Below are positions 26,673-35,333 of a stretch of DNA of 64,000 nt, piece by piece. The DNA is from a virus (lineage: Duplodnaviria; Caudoviricetes). Position 1 is the stretch's first letter. Each line of letters starts with the position of its first letter. The position numbers and the translations under genes were made by a program. The DNA lies in the IMG/VR virus record IMGVR_UViG_3300020202_000071, positions 1,754 to 65,753 of that record. One strand, given 5' to 3'. Under the pieces are notes generated by a model that saw nothing but the letters and a program-made list of their open reading frames with translations, made no database searches and was not told where the DNA came from.

Positions 26673-26959
26673 CACGCCGGGCATCAACGGCTCGCGTGTC
26701 GCCCGTGCGCAGATCCCTGCAGACACCGGCACCGCCGACTGCGGCACCGGTGGATCTCAGCACCGCGGTCTATCTGAAATTTTCGCAACTGGCGACGTAC
26801 CTCGGCTACTTCGGCAAGCGCGGGCGCAACGCCGCGCGTGAGTTTGTCGAGCGCCGCCAACTGCCCAAGTTCTGGCGCGGCGGGGCGTGGTTGGTGAAAC
26901 GCGCCGATGTCGACGCCGCCCTTGAAGGCCGCGTCAGTTTCCGGGGGCACGGGCGATGA
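26669..26959 (+). CDS. Second excisionase-like HTH protein, paralog of 19693-19924
   Basis: Shares PKFWR.GAWLVKRADVDA.L.GRV with the att-proximal copy. Confidence 0.75.
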   Translation: MTRRASTARVSPVRRSLQTPAPPTAAPVDLSTAVYLKFSQLATYLGYFGKRGRNAAREFVERRQLPKFWRGGAWLVKRADVDAALEGRVSFRGHGR

Positions 26960-27123
26960 CAGTGCTCGGGCGGTTCTGGCTCCTGGTGATGTTGCCGTTC
27001 TGGCTGCTGTTCATGGCGCTGTTCGGCGTGTGCACCTGGTCCCCGGTGTGGGCGATCCGACAGGGCGTGGCGGACTGGCACGCCGAGTGGCGCTATCAAA
27101 CGCAGTTTCGCCGGGTGCGATGA
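26956..27123 (+). CDS. Small membrane protein
   Basis: ATGA overlaps at both ends; one TM helix. Confidence 0.5.
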   Translation: MTVLGRFWLLVMLPFWLLFMALFGVCTWSPVWAIRQGVADWHAEWRYQTQFRRVR

Positions 27124-27482
27124 CCGTGATCGTCGTCTGGCCGGATGACTGCAGTGCACGCGTCAGCGTGGAGCTCGCCGCCGCGATGGTCGCGCGGCGT
27201 CCCGACCTCCGCGTGCACACCGAATGGTGCGACGCCTATGTGATGCCCCCGCCGCGGCTCGTGCCGAAAACGGTCGCGCGGCGCGGGCCGAGCCAACTGA
27301 CGCCAGAGGAGCGACGTCGCGTCGTCGCCGACATCAAGGCTCTCGGGTACGTCGCGGCGAGCAAGCGGTGGGGCATGAGTATGTCGAGCGTGCAGCGGTT
27401 GATGCGGCAAGAGGGCGAACGCGTCATGGAGCACGGACGTGAGGCGTGGTGGCGTTCGCGCTACGGACTCGATGCGAAGTGA
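27120..27482 (+). CDS. HTH protein
   Basis: LTPEERRRVV...ASKRWGMSMSSVQRL. Confidence 0.55.
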   Translation: MTVIVVWPDDCSARVSVELAAAMVARRPDLRVHTEWCDAYVMPPPRLVPKTVARRGPSQLTPEERRRVVADIKALGYVAASKRWGMSMSSVQRLMRQEGERVMEHGREAWWRSRYGLDAK

Positions 27483-27492
27483 GGAAATCACG

Positions 27493-27822
27493 ATGGAACA
27501 GACCGTCACCGCACCGTCGCCGAACGACTCGCGCGATTACCTCGCCGAGGCGCACGCGATCCTCAAAGGCGAGACGCTCTTGATGCCGACGCGTGAGCAC
27601 TTGCTCGTGCTGCAGCAGGCGATCAACGAGACCGCACTGCTGTCCGGACTGCTGAACCGCGTCGTCTGCGGCCTGCTGATCGACAGCGATCGGAGCGAAG
27701 TCTGCATCCCGGCGGGGCTCGTGTCGGAGGTCGAACGTCGCCGCCTCGATCTCGCCCTCACCAAAAAGAACGGTCACATCATCGCGACGCTGATCGCGCC
27801 CCATCGCGGGCCGACCAACTAG
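27493..27822 (+). CDS. Hypothetical protein
   Basis: GAGG RBS; operon position. Confidence 0.55.
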   Translation: MEQTVTAPSPNDSRDYLAEAHAILKGETLLMPTREHLLVLQQAINETALLSGLLNRVVCGLLIDSDRSEVCIPAGLVSEVERRRLDLALTKKNGHIIATLIAPHRGPTN

Positions 27823-27832
27823 GAGGGGACCC

Positions 27833-28519
27833 TTGTCGTTTCGTTTGTTTCCGCATCTGCAGCAGTGTGTCGGGCGGCATCCGTCGCACGTCAACGGCGT
27901 GTATCCGAAGAATGACTCGGCGTATCTGCTGCCGCTCGAAGCGGCGGACCGCAGTGCGGGCGGGATCATCATCGCCGAAGCGCACCGCGAGCAATCGCAG
28001 AAGGCCATCGTGCTCGCCGTGGGCAACGGACTCTGGCACGACGAGCAGATGAAGCTCTATCCCGTCGAGTGCGCGGTGGGGGATCTCGTCTACCTCGCGA
28101 GCAAATACGCCGGCGTGCTGGTCGACGTCGGGGGCGGTCTGGACGTGATCGCGATGCGGCCCATCGAGCAGATCGGGCGTAAGCCGCACGGCACCTTCCA
28201 GTTGGTCGAACACGTCATCGGCCAGGGCACGTCCCGCGAGAAGGCGATCTATCACGAGGTCGGCGAGACCTGCGACCACTGCCCGAAGCCCACCAGCACG
28301 CTCATCGAAGAAGAGCGCGCGCGGCTGGTCGCGGCGCGCAATGCCGACACCGCCGCCCCGTCCGAGGACAGCACCGCGGGCGAGATCGAGCACGAGTCGG
28401 CGCCGTTGTCGCCGGCGTCGGAGCACGCACCATCGCGCGCGGCAGGAGCAGAGCCGCTATCTCGCGGCACTCCATCTCTATGGAGCCGTCAAGCCGCTCG
28501 GCGGCTTGGCTTGGCATGA
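27833..28519 (+). CDS. GroES/Cpn10-like co-chaperonin with C-terminal extension
   Basis: YPKND......SAGGIII....KAIVLAVGNG...VGDLVYL.KYAG; AGGAGG RBS. Confidence 0.8.
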   Translation: MSFRLFPHLQQCVGRHPSHVNGVYPKNDSAYLLPLEAADRSAGGIIIAEAHREQSQKAIVLAVGNGLWHDEQMKLYPVECAVGDLVYLASKYAGVLVDVGGGLDVIAMRPIEQIGRKPHGTFQLVEHVIGQGTSREKAIYHEVGETCDHCPKPTSTLIEEERARLVAARNADTAAPSEDSTAGEIEHESAPLSPASEHAPSRAAGAEPLSRGTPSLWSRQAARRLGLA

Positions 28520-28606
28520 GTTGTCGGGCGAGCAGCGCGCGTCGTTCTACGCGCTCATCGACACGGCGATCGCGGCAACCGATCTCACACCGGAGGTGAA
28601 GTAGCC

Positions 28607-29782
28607 ATGGCCGTCGTCGATGCCGACATCGTTGAAGAACAGGTCGCCCCGCTCCTCCCGATGCAGGGCGGCGGCGCCGTGGATATTCAGGTCTCCACGG
28701 CCAAGCGTTTCCCGCGGTCGATCGAGGCGTTCATTCGCCGCGCGACCGAGATGGCGACGCTCACGCCAGAGATCGCCGCGAGCTGCGTCTACGCCCTGCC
28801 CCGCGATGGGAAGGTGATAGAGGGCCCTTCGGCGCGCCTGGCGGAAATCGTCGCCAATGCGTGGGGCAACCTGCGCATCCAGGCTGGCGCCGACGCCGAC
28901 ACGGACACCGACAGTCATTTCATTGTCGGCTACGGCGAGGCCTGGGACGTGGAGGCGAACGTCGCCATCCGGTTCGAAGTCCGGCGCCGCATCACCAACC
29001 GCGAAGGGCGTCGCTACAACGACGACATGGTCGTCGTGACGGGCAACGCGGCCGCGTCGATCGCGCTGCGCAACGCCGTCTTCAAGGCCGTGCCGTCGTC
29101 GTTCTGGCGGCCCATCTACTTGAAGTGCCGACAGGTCATTGCGGGGAAGGCCGAGACGTTCGCGAAACGCCGCGACGAGATGCTCAAAGCCTTCAACGTG
29201 ATGGGCGTCACCAACGACAGGCTGTATGGCGCGATCGGCGTGAAGGGCCTGGCCGACATCACGCTCGATCACATGGTGCAGTTGACGGGCTTTTACAACG
29301 CACTCAAGGAAGGCGAAATCTCGATCGAAGACGCGTTCCCGGAAGGAGGCGGACTCGGCAAAGCCCCGATCGCGATGCCGCAACGCAAGACGGAGGCGCA
29401 GACAAGCGCCGCGCCGACGAGCAACGGCACCACGACGACTGAGGCGGCCGCCGCGACGCCGAGCACTACGCCCGCCGACGCCGAAGGCGTCACGATCGTC
29501 TCCGTCGAGGCGATTGAGTTCGTGAAGACGCGTGGCAAATCCGACGAGGAGCTCGCCAAGGCCGGCGAGAAGCGCCTGTTCTGGTGGCTCATCACTACCA
29601 GCGACGGCAAAAAGTTCTACACGATCAGCGACGACATTCGGCAGTCGTGCGAACGGCTCAAAGCGGCCGCGCGCCACGTCGAGATGGAGTCCATGGCCGA
29701 TGGGAGCCACCAGTTCCCAAAGGTCGTGACCGTCACACCGCTTGGCGTGGGCACGCTCCACGTCGGAGTGGCGCAGTCATGA
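28607..29782 (+). CDS. Putative recombination (single-strand annealing-like) protein
   Basis: DIQVSTAKRFPR and IEGPSARLAE motifs. Adjacent to the exonuclease. Function is by synteny. Confidence 0.55.
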   Translation: MAVVDADIVEEQVAPLLPMQGGGAVDIQVSTAKRFPRSIEAFIRRATEMATLTPEIAASCVYALPRDGKVIEGPSARLAEIVANAWGNLRIQAGADADTDTDSHFIVGYGEAWDVEANVAIRFEVRRRITNREGRRYNDDMVVVTGNAAASIALRNAVFKAVPSSFWRPIYLKCRQVIAGKAETFAKRRDEMLKAFNVMGVTNDRLYGAIGVKGLADITLDHMVQLTGFYNALKEGEISIEDAFPEGGGLGKAPIAMPQRKTEAQTSAAPTSNGTTTTEAAAATPSTTPADAEGVTIVSVEAIEFVKTRGKSDEELAKAGEKRLFWWLITTSDGKKFYTISDDIRQSCERLKAAARHVEMESMADGSHQFPKVVTVTPLGVGTLHVGVAQS

Positions 29783-30429
29783 TCGCCGCGCTGCACACGA
29801 GCGGGCTCGCGTTCGACGAGGCGACGCACACCTACCGCGTCGACGGGCGTGAGATTCCGTCCGTGACCCAGGTGCTCGCCGACAACCGGCTGCGGCCGGA
29901 CTTCTCGCGCGTGCCGCCAGACGTGCTCGATCGCGCGCGTCAGCGTGGGACAGCCGTGCACCTGGCGACGCATTACCACGACGAGGGCTCACTGGATCCG
30001 ACAACGGTCGATGCGGTCGTCGTCCCGTACCTCGACGCCTGGCTGCAGTTTCTCCACGAGCGCCGCGTGCGCATCCTGGAACTCGAGAAGCGCTATGCGC
30101 ATTCGACGCTCGGCTACGCCGGGATGATCGACCGGATCGCGCTGGTCGACGTCGGCGGCCGCGAGCGGCGCTGCGTCCTCGACATCAAGACGGGCGATCC
30201 GAGCGGCGCGGAGTATCAGACCGCCGCCTACGCCGAGCTCTATCGCGACGCCGGCCACGTGTCGTCGTTGCCACCTGAACGCTGGTCGGTGCAACTGCAC
30301 CCGGACCGGCCGATTCCCTACACCGTGACGCCGTATCGCGAGTTGCGCGACTGGCGCATTTTCCGCGCCGCGCTGGATCTCACTCACGCGCGCGCCGCAC
30401 AGGGGCAGTCCTGGAGAGAGGCCGCATGA
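29779..30429 (+). CDS. PD-(D/E)xK exonuclease (Cas4/RecB-like)
   Basis: PSVTQVL, RGTAVH, YAGMIDRI, LDIKTG and YQTAAY motifs. Confidence 0.85.
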   Translation: MIAALHTSGLAFDEATHTYRVDGREIPSVTQVLADNRLRPDFSRVPPDVLDRARQRGTAVHLATHYHDEGSLDPTTVDAVVVPYLDAWLQFLHERRVRILELEKRYAHSTLGYAGMIDRIALVDVGGRERRCVLDIKTGDPSGAEYQTAAYAELYRDAGHVSSLPPERWSVQLHPDRPIPYTVTPYRELRDWRIFRAALDLTHARAAQGQSWREAA

Positions 30430-31319
30430 ACGCCACCGACTACGCCGATCCCGTGATGCTGCCGGCCGATCCCGTGGCACCGCCACCGATCGCCGATCCC
30501 GTCGCCGCCGATCCGGTCGCGGCGCCGGGCGCCGTGACACCAGAAGTCCTCGATCCGGAGCCGCCGCTCGGCGAGCAGGCCCTGGCACGTCAGGCCGATT
30601 CGCTGGTCACCCGGGCGAAGGCCCTCCAGATCATCGATGCCGAGTCCTTCGAACTGGCCGGCGCGTTCCTGCAGGACCTCAAGGATCAGCAGCGGCGCAT
30701 CGAAGAATTCTTCGAGCCGGATGTCCAGCGGGCGCATGCCGCGTGGAAGGGCCTGACCGAGAAGCGCGCGAGCTTCGTCACCCCGCTCAAGGAAGCCATC
30801 ACCATCATCAGCGCCCGCTACGCGCAGTTTGCGCGCGAGGCCAAGGCCAAGGCCGACGCTGAGCGCCGGCAACGTGAAGAGGACGCTCGTAAGGCGGAAC
30901 AGGAGCGGCTCGCCGAAGAAGCGCGCGCCCGTGAGGACGAGGCGCGGAAGCTCGCGGAGCAGGCGCTCGCGGCACCCTCGCGCGACGAAGCGCAGATCAT
31001 CGAACAGCAGGCCGAGCAGCTGGCGCAGGAAGCGACGCAGTTGCGCGTCGATGCCGCGACGGTGCAGGCCCCGGTGATGCACGTGGCGCCGGTCGTCTCG
31101 CCGCCGAAAGGCACGAGCGTCAAGGCGAACTGGACGTTCCGCGTCGACGACAAGCTCGCGCTGGTGAAGGCGATTGCCGCCGGCCAGGTCAGCGTTGAGG
31201 CGATCGTGCCGAACGACACCTACCTCCGCGCGCGCGCGAAGGCCGACAAGGACACCGTGAAGATCCCCGGCGTCACGTTCTACGACGCCGGCAGCGTTGC
31301 GGTGCGGCGAGGCCGGTGA
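30426..31319 (+). CDS. Coiled-coil phage protein (recombination module)
   Basis: Long charged coiled coil; C-terminal W.F.V.D and KIPGV.FY motifs. Confidence 0.65.
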   Translation: MNATDYADPVMLPADPVAPPPIADPVAADPVAAPGAVTPEVLDPEPPLGEQALARQADSLVTRAKALQIIDAESFELAGAFLQDLKDQQRRIEEFFEPDVQRAHAAWKGLTEKRASFVTPLKEAITIISARYAQFAREAKAKADAERRQREEDARKAEQERLAEEARAREDEARKLAEQALAAPSRDEAQIIEQQAEQLAQEATQLRVDAATVQAPVMHVAPVVSPPKGTSVKANWTFRVDDKLALVKAIAAGQVSVEAIVPNDTYLRARAKADKDTVKIPGVTFYDAGSVAVRRGR

Positions 31320-31561
31320 TGGCGCAGGACCCGCTTCGACCGACCGAGCAGACCGCGGCGCATCTCTACGTCGCGCAGAAGGTGCGAGGGCGCCTGGTGT
31401 GGGACGCCGTCTATTGCCGCCGTCACTTCGAGGAGTGGCGCCAGCGCGGCACCTTCGATGTGCTGTGGCGCGATCGGCGTGTCGTGAACGTGGTCGTTCT
31501 CCCGTGGCCGCACGAGCCTCGATGCGGCGTGTGTGCCGAAGCCGCGGAGAAGTCGGCGTAG
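31316..31561 (+). CDS. Small Cys-containing hypothetical protein
   Basis: CRRH and CGVC motifs; GTGA overlap. Confidence 0.5.
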   Translation: MMAQDPLRPTEQTAAHLYVAQKVRGRLVWDAVYCRRHFEEWRQRGTFDVLWRDRRVVNVVVLPWPHEPRCGVCAEAAEKSA

Positions 31562-31563
31562 CC

Positions 31564-32001
31564 ATGCCGATCGACTACTCCGTCCTCGCATCCGTCGGTG
31601 GCATCGGGAAGGGCACGCCACGCGGACTCCGCGCGCACAGTCGCAAGGCGGCTGAGAAGGCGAAACTCGCGAAAGCGTACGCCGAGGTCGACGCGCGGGA
31701 TCAGGGCTACTGCGTCGTCACAGGTGCCTACACGACGCCCGGCGCGATCGATCCCAAGAAGCGACGCGAGCATCACCACTTGTCCGGTCGTCGCGTACGG
31801 CCGTCGTGGAAGTTCGACAGCCGCCGAATCATCACGGTGAGTGCCTTTGCGCACAGCCTGTTGACAAGTGAAGCGTTGCAACTCGAAGGGGATGACGCGA
31901 CGAAGCGCATCGTTGCCCATTGGAACAGACGCCTCGTCAAGCCGGGAAAAGAACCGTTCCAGTTGCGGAGTAAGCGCTGGTCAGCGAACGAGAACGAGTA
32001 A
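31564..32001 (+). CDS. HNH-like protein
   Basis: VDARD.GYCVVTG...EHHH....R.....IITV...H. Confidence 0.55.
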   Translation: MPIDYSVLASVGGIGKGTPRGLRAHSRKAAEKAKLAKAYAEVDARDQGYCVVTGAYTTPGAIDPKKRREHHHLSGRRVRPSWKFDSRRIITVSAFAHSLLTSEALQLEGDDATKRIVAHWNRRLVKPGKEPFQLRSKRWSANENE

Positions 32002-32086
32002 CGAGAGCTTGCGCGGGCCGGGGTGGGTCGGCGGTTCTGAGGTTCCGTTTCCGACTGTCGATGCGAGATCGACACCCGCGCAAATA

Positions 32087-32211
32087 GTTGTTCAGTGCAG
32101 CAGCACGGAAGGACGTGCAGCGGGACTAGCTCCGCGCCAACTCCCGCCGAGTGCGCACCGGAGATCGGGTAGGCAGCCGGTGAACTTCAAGCCCGGCCTG
32201 CACTGAACAGC
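32087..32211 (+). ncRNA. Candidate tRNA-like multi-stem ncRNA
   Basis: 14-bp closing stem (32087-32100 with 32198-32211) enclosing GCAC/GTGC, GCGGGA/TCCCGC and GCCGG/CCGGC hairpins. Confidence 0.6.
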
Positions 32212-32270
32212 AAATGTGAAGGAGCGAGATACACCACGAGCGGGGCGCACTAAACGCTGAGTCATGCCCA

Positions 32271-32476
32271 GGGGCCGTCAGTCCGTGTCGCAAACGGCCC
32301 CCTCTGATCGCGCAAGTCGTTGCGGACAGCGCGCGATCACAACGGAGTGGACACGGAGCGGAAGCCCTGATTGCCGAGAGCCGAAGAGCGCAACCTCTGA
32401 ACGCTCAAACGTGGAACGTCGCACGGATCGCGCCAAGACGTGACTTACGCCGGAGGGAGAGCAATCCGGCACTCAG
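32271..32476 (+). ncRNA. Candidate pseudoknotted and multi-stem ncRNA(s)
   Basis: GGGGCCGT/ACGGCCCC hairpin whose loop TCCGTGTC complements GACACGGA at 32350. Further stems at 32305/32331 and 32367/32467. Confidence 0.5.
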
Positions 32477-32517
32477 CGTACGGCGATTAGATTCGCGTTT
32501 GTTTCGGACGAGGTGAC

Positions 32518-32886
32518 ATGGCGAAGACGAGACCTAGCCAATTGATTCTGGCGACCGCGACCAGACGGGGTCGCGGCTGGCTGGTGATTAACACGGCGGC
32601 GACGCACCTTATGCCGCCGACGCCGGTGGTCTACGCCATCTACCAGTACGGCGAACTGCTCTACATCGGCCAGACCGTGAATCTTCGTCGGCGGTTTCTG
32701 ACTTATCGCGATCGATACGAATGCTCTTACTCAAAGGTGTGCGTGGTGCCAGATAAGGGCGAGCGCTTGGCGCTTGAGCGCAAACTCATCCGGCGCGTTC
32801 GCCCCGTTCAGAATCACGTTTTTACCGGGCGCCCAAGTCGTCGCCATGGCACGCACGTTTGCGCACTGTCATACCTCCATGCCTAA
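32518..32886 (+). CDS. GIY-YIG nuclease
   Basis: VVYAI....LLYIGQTVNLRRRF...LERKLI....P..N. Confidence 0.8.
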   Translation: MAKTRPSQLILATATRRGRGWLVINTAATHLMPPTPVVYAIYQYGELLYIGQTVNLRRRFLTYRDRYECSYSKVCVVPDKGERLALERKLIRRVRPVQNHVFTGRPSRRHGTHVCALSYLHA

Positions 32887-33469
32887 CGAGTTGCCTTACT
32901 GCCCCTTGTTTGTGGGCGATTTAATGGCCGCTGTCAGCACGTGGCCACCCGACCGCGTCGGCGCCTACATGCTCGCGCTCCTGTACCAGTGGGAGAACGG
33001 CGGACTGCCGGCGGATGACGAAAGCGAACTCGCGCGGATCCTTCACGCCTCGCGTTCTGTGGCGCGACGGCTCTGGCTCGAGATTCGATCGAAGTTTGTC
33101 AAGTACACGGACGGCCTGTGGTGGAACCCGAAAATGGAAGAGGTTCGCATTGAGGCTCGACGCCAGCATAAAGCCGCGTCGGAGCGTGGCCGAAAGGGTG
33201 CGGCGAAGCGGTGGGGGAAAGGTGCTCAAGTAGATGCTCAAGCATCGCTTAAGCAAAGCCTGGGCAATGCCAACCAGATCCAATCCATAGAAGAACCCCC
33301 CCAACCCCCCGCTGGCGCGGGGGGCTCAAATCGACCGCGTCGACGTCGCAAGACGGACCCGCATCCAGAAGACCTCGCGGACATCAAGCGCAATCACGAG
33401 TTGATGCGCCTGATGCGCGACGAAAAGCTTTCACGGCCAGAAGCGCTCAAGCGCTTGGGGATTCACTAA
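32879..33469 (+). CDS. DUF1376/YdaU-like replication initiator
   Basis: LPYCPLFVGD....GAYMLAL..QW..G.LP.D...LARI...GRKGAAKRW. Confidence 0.8.
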   Translation: MPNELPYCPLFVGDLMAAVSTWPPDRVGAYMLALLYQWENGGLPADDESELARILHASRSVARRLWLEIRSKFVKYTDGLWWNPKMEEVRIEARRQHKAASERGRKGAAKRWGKGAQVDAQASLKQSLGNANQIQSIEEPPQPPAGAGGSNRPRRRRKTDPHPEDLADIKRNHELMRLMRDEKLSRPEALKRLGIH

Positions 33470-33786
33470 TGCCTTGGCAGATCGCACGCCTCACCGATCA
33501 CTGCGGCGCCGGCTGTCCGTCACCCACCATCGCGAAGGGGCAGCCGGTGTACGTCACCACGTTGGGTCAGAAGCGGTGCGAAGCGTGCGGGACGCGAGCG
33601 TTCGGACCGCCGCCGGCGGATCTCCTGCGCGAGCTCCAACCAGAGCCGTCTGCGCAACGGGAGTCGGGACCGGAATCCGTGTCCGCGATTGCGATGCGGC
33701 GATCGCTCGACGAGATCGCCGAGAAGGCGCAGCAACAGACCGGATGGTCCGGTCGCGATCGGCAGCTGCCGGAAGGGGATCGCTGA
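33469..33786 (+). CDS. Zn-binding hypothetical protein
   Basis: C...C and CEAC motifs; coupled start. Confidence 0.55.
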   Translation: MPWQIARLTDHCGAGCPSPTIAKGQPVYVTTLGQKRCEACGTRAFGPPPADLLRELQPEPSAQRESGPESVSAIAMRRSLDEIAEKAQQQTGWSGRDRQLPEGDR

Positions 33787-34157
33787 TGGCGATGCCGGAA
33801 ACGCAGCTCGGGATCGACTGGACACGCGACACGAACGCGCCCGTCAGCGGCCGCACACCCGCAGCGCGCCACGCGAGCAGCACGGGCGCCATGGCGATCG
33901 CCCCGAAGGCGGGCACCTTGCGGGCACGGATGCTCGCGGCCTTCCGGCAGCACGGGAAGCTGACGATCGCGGAATGCGCCGTTATCACCGGCATCAAGGA
34001 AACCACGGTCTGCGCCCGGTGGAAGGAACTCGAGACGGCGGGCTGGATTGTCGGCACGGCCACGTTTCAGACCTATCGCGCGAGCGGTCGCGTGGTGCGG
34101 CGGGAATGGCACGAATTGACGGCACGCGGGCGCGAGATCGCGGAGTCGCTCCGCTGA
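33786..34157 (+). CDS. Winged-helix DNA-binding protein
   Basis: LTIAECAVITGIKETTVCARWKELETAGWI. Confidence 0.65.
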   Translation: MAMPETQLGIDWTRDTNAPVSGRTPAARHASSTGAMAIAPKAGTLRARMLAAFRQHGKLTIAECAVITGIKETTVCARWKELETAGWIVGTATFQTYRASGRVVRREWHELTARGREIAESLR

Positions 34158-34495
34158 TGGCTCGCGCAAGTCTTCCGCTCGATCGTCAGTGTCAGTTGCT
34201 CGGACTCCCGCGTCCGGTTGCCGAGCATCGGTTCCACCCGACGCGCCGTTGGCGGTTCGATTGGGCGTTCGTGGACGAGCGGATCGCGATCGAGATCGAA
34301 GGCGGCGTCTTCCTCGCCGACGGAGGGCGGCATTCACGCGGCGCCGGATTTCGGAACGACACCGAGAAGTACGCCGAAGCCGCAATTGCCGGCTGGCGAA
34401 TCATCCGCGTGCTCCCGGAGCACGTGACCCAAGGGCAAGCCGTCGAATGGATTCGACGCGCATTGAAAGGACCGATCGATGTTTCTGACCGCTGA
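34157..34495 (+). CDS. Vsr/DUF559-like PD-(D/E)xK endonuclease
   Basis: EHRFHPTRRWRFDWAF....IAIEIEGG...D.EKY..A...GWRIIRV. Confidence 0.8.
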   Translation: MARASLPLDRQCQLLGLPRPVAEHRFHPTRRWRFDWAFVDERIAIEIEGGVFLADGGRHSRGAGFRNDTEKYAEAAIAGWRIIRVLPEHVTQGQAVEWIRRALKGPIDVSDR

Positions 34496-35108
34496 CATTC
34501 CAGCCCTGTTCAAGAAGGGCACGTTGAAGTTGGTCCCGAACGAAGACGGCGATGGCATTCGTCGCGTTGCGGAGGCCATGCTCGTGATCGAGCCGTTCCC
34601 GGTGAAGCTCGCACGCGAGATGGGCGACGAGATCGCCAATCACCTGTTCGACGACGACGACACGATCCGGATGGAGCTCGAATCGATCGATCTGCGCGTC
34701 AGGGCTGGTCTGCAGAACGTCACGGTGCGGCCGGACGAAGCACTGGAACCAATCGCCATCCTGACGCCGGTCTCAATCAAGGACGTCAGCGCCACCGTGA
34801 TCGACGACAAGAAGACGCAGCGGCGCTGGCTGTCGTTCTCGTTCGTGCTGGTGTTCTCGCTCGAGACGCGCGAGGCGCGGAACTTCGTGTTGGATCAGTT
34901 CGGCCGCACGTTGTTGTGGTCCTTCGAGGCGATGCAGCGCGATCTCTTGCGCCAAGCCGACCTTCACGAGACGGCGGCCCGGCTCGGCGAGCACGGCTCC
35001 GCAACGCTGGAGACACCTGACGGCGAGCGTATCTCGTTCGACGAGCACACCAGCAAGAAGCACCGGCAGATCGCGCGCAACTTGCGCGACGCAGCGAAGG
35101 CGCACTGA
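34479..35108 (+). CDS. Hypothetical protein
   Basis: AAGGA RBS; phage-like codon usage. Confidence 0.6.
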   Translation: MFLTADIPALFKKGTLKLVPNEDGDGIRRVAEAMLVIEPFPVKLAREMGDEIANHLFDDDDTIRMELESIDLRVRAGLQNVTVRPDEALEPIAILTPVSIKDVSATVIDDKKTQRRWLSFSFVLVFSLETREARNFVLDQFGRTLLWSFEAMQRDLLRQADLHETAARLGEHGSATLETPDGERISFDEHTSKKHRQIARNLRDAAKAH

Positions 35109-35111
35109 CCA

Positions 35112-35333
35112 GTGATCACCGTCCCGGTCTTCCCCTCGTCGCGGCATGGCGTCATGGCGATGCAACCGATGCAGATCCCCGCGTGCTGGTCCGTCTGGAT
35201 CTGTCGTGGCATTCGGTATTCCTGGACGGCGAGTCGGCAGTTGCAGGCGAGGGATGAAGACGGACGCACGTGGCGCTTTGACGAAACGCGTCAGGCGTGG
35301 ATGCGGGTGATCGATCGGGAGAAGGTCGCGTGA
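35112..35333 (+). CDS. Hypothetical protein
   Basis: Coupled to the methyltransferase start (GTGA). Confidence 0.45.
   Translation: MITVPVFPSSRHGVMAMQPMQIPACWSVWICRGIRYSWTASRQLQARDEDGRTWRFDETRQAWMRVIDREKVA

Noticed and set aside
29779-30429. Cas4 / CRISPR system
   Set aside because: No repeat-spacer array or other cas genes were seen; the protein fits a phage recombination exonuclease.
32087-32211. Twister ribozyme or true tRNA
   Set aside because: It lacks the twister cleavage-site loop and a canonical anticodon arm, T-loop and CCA. Kept only as an unclassified RNA candidate.
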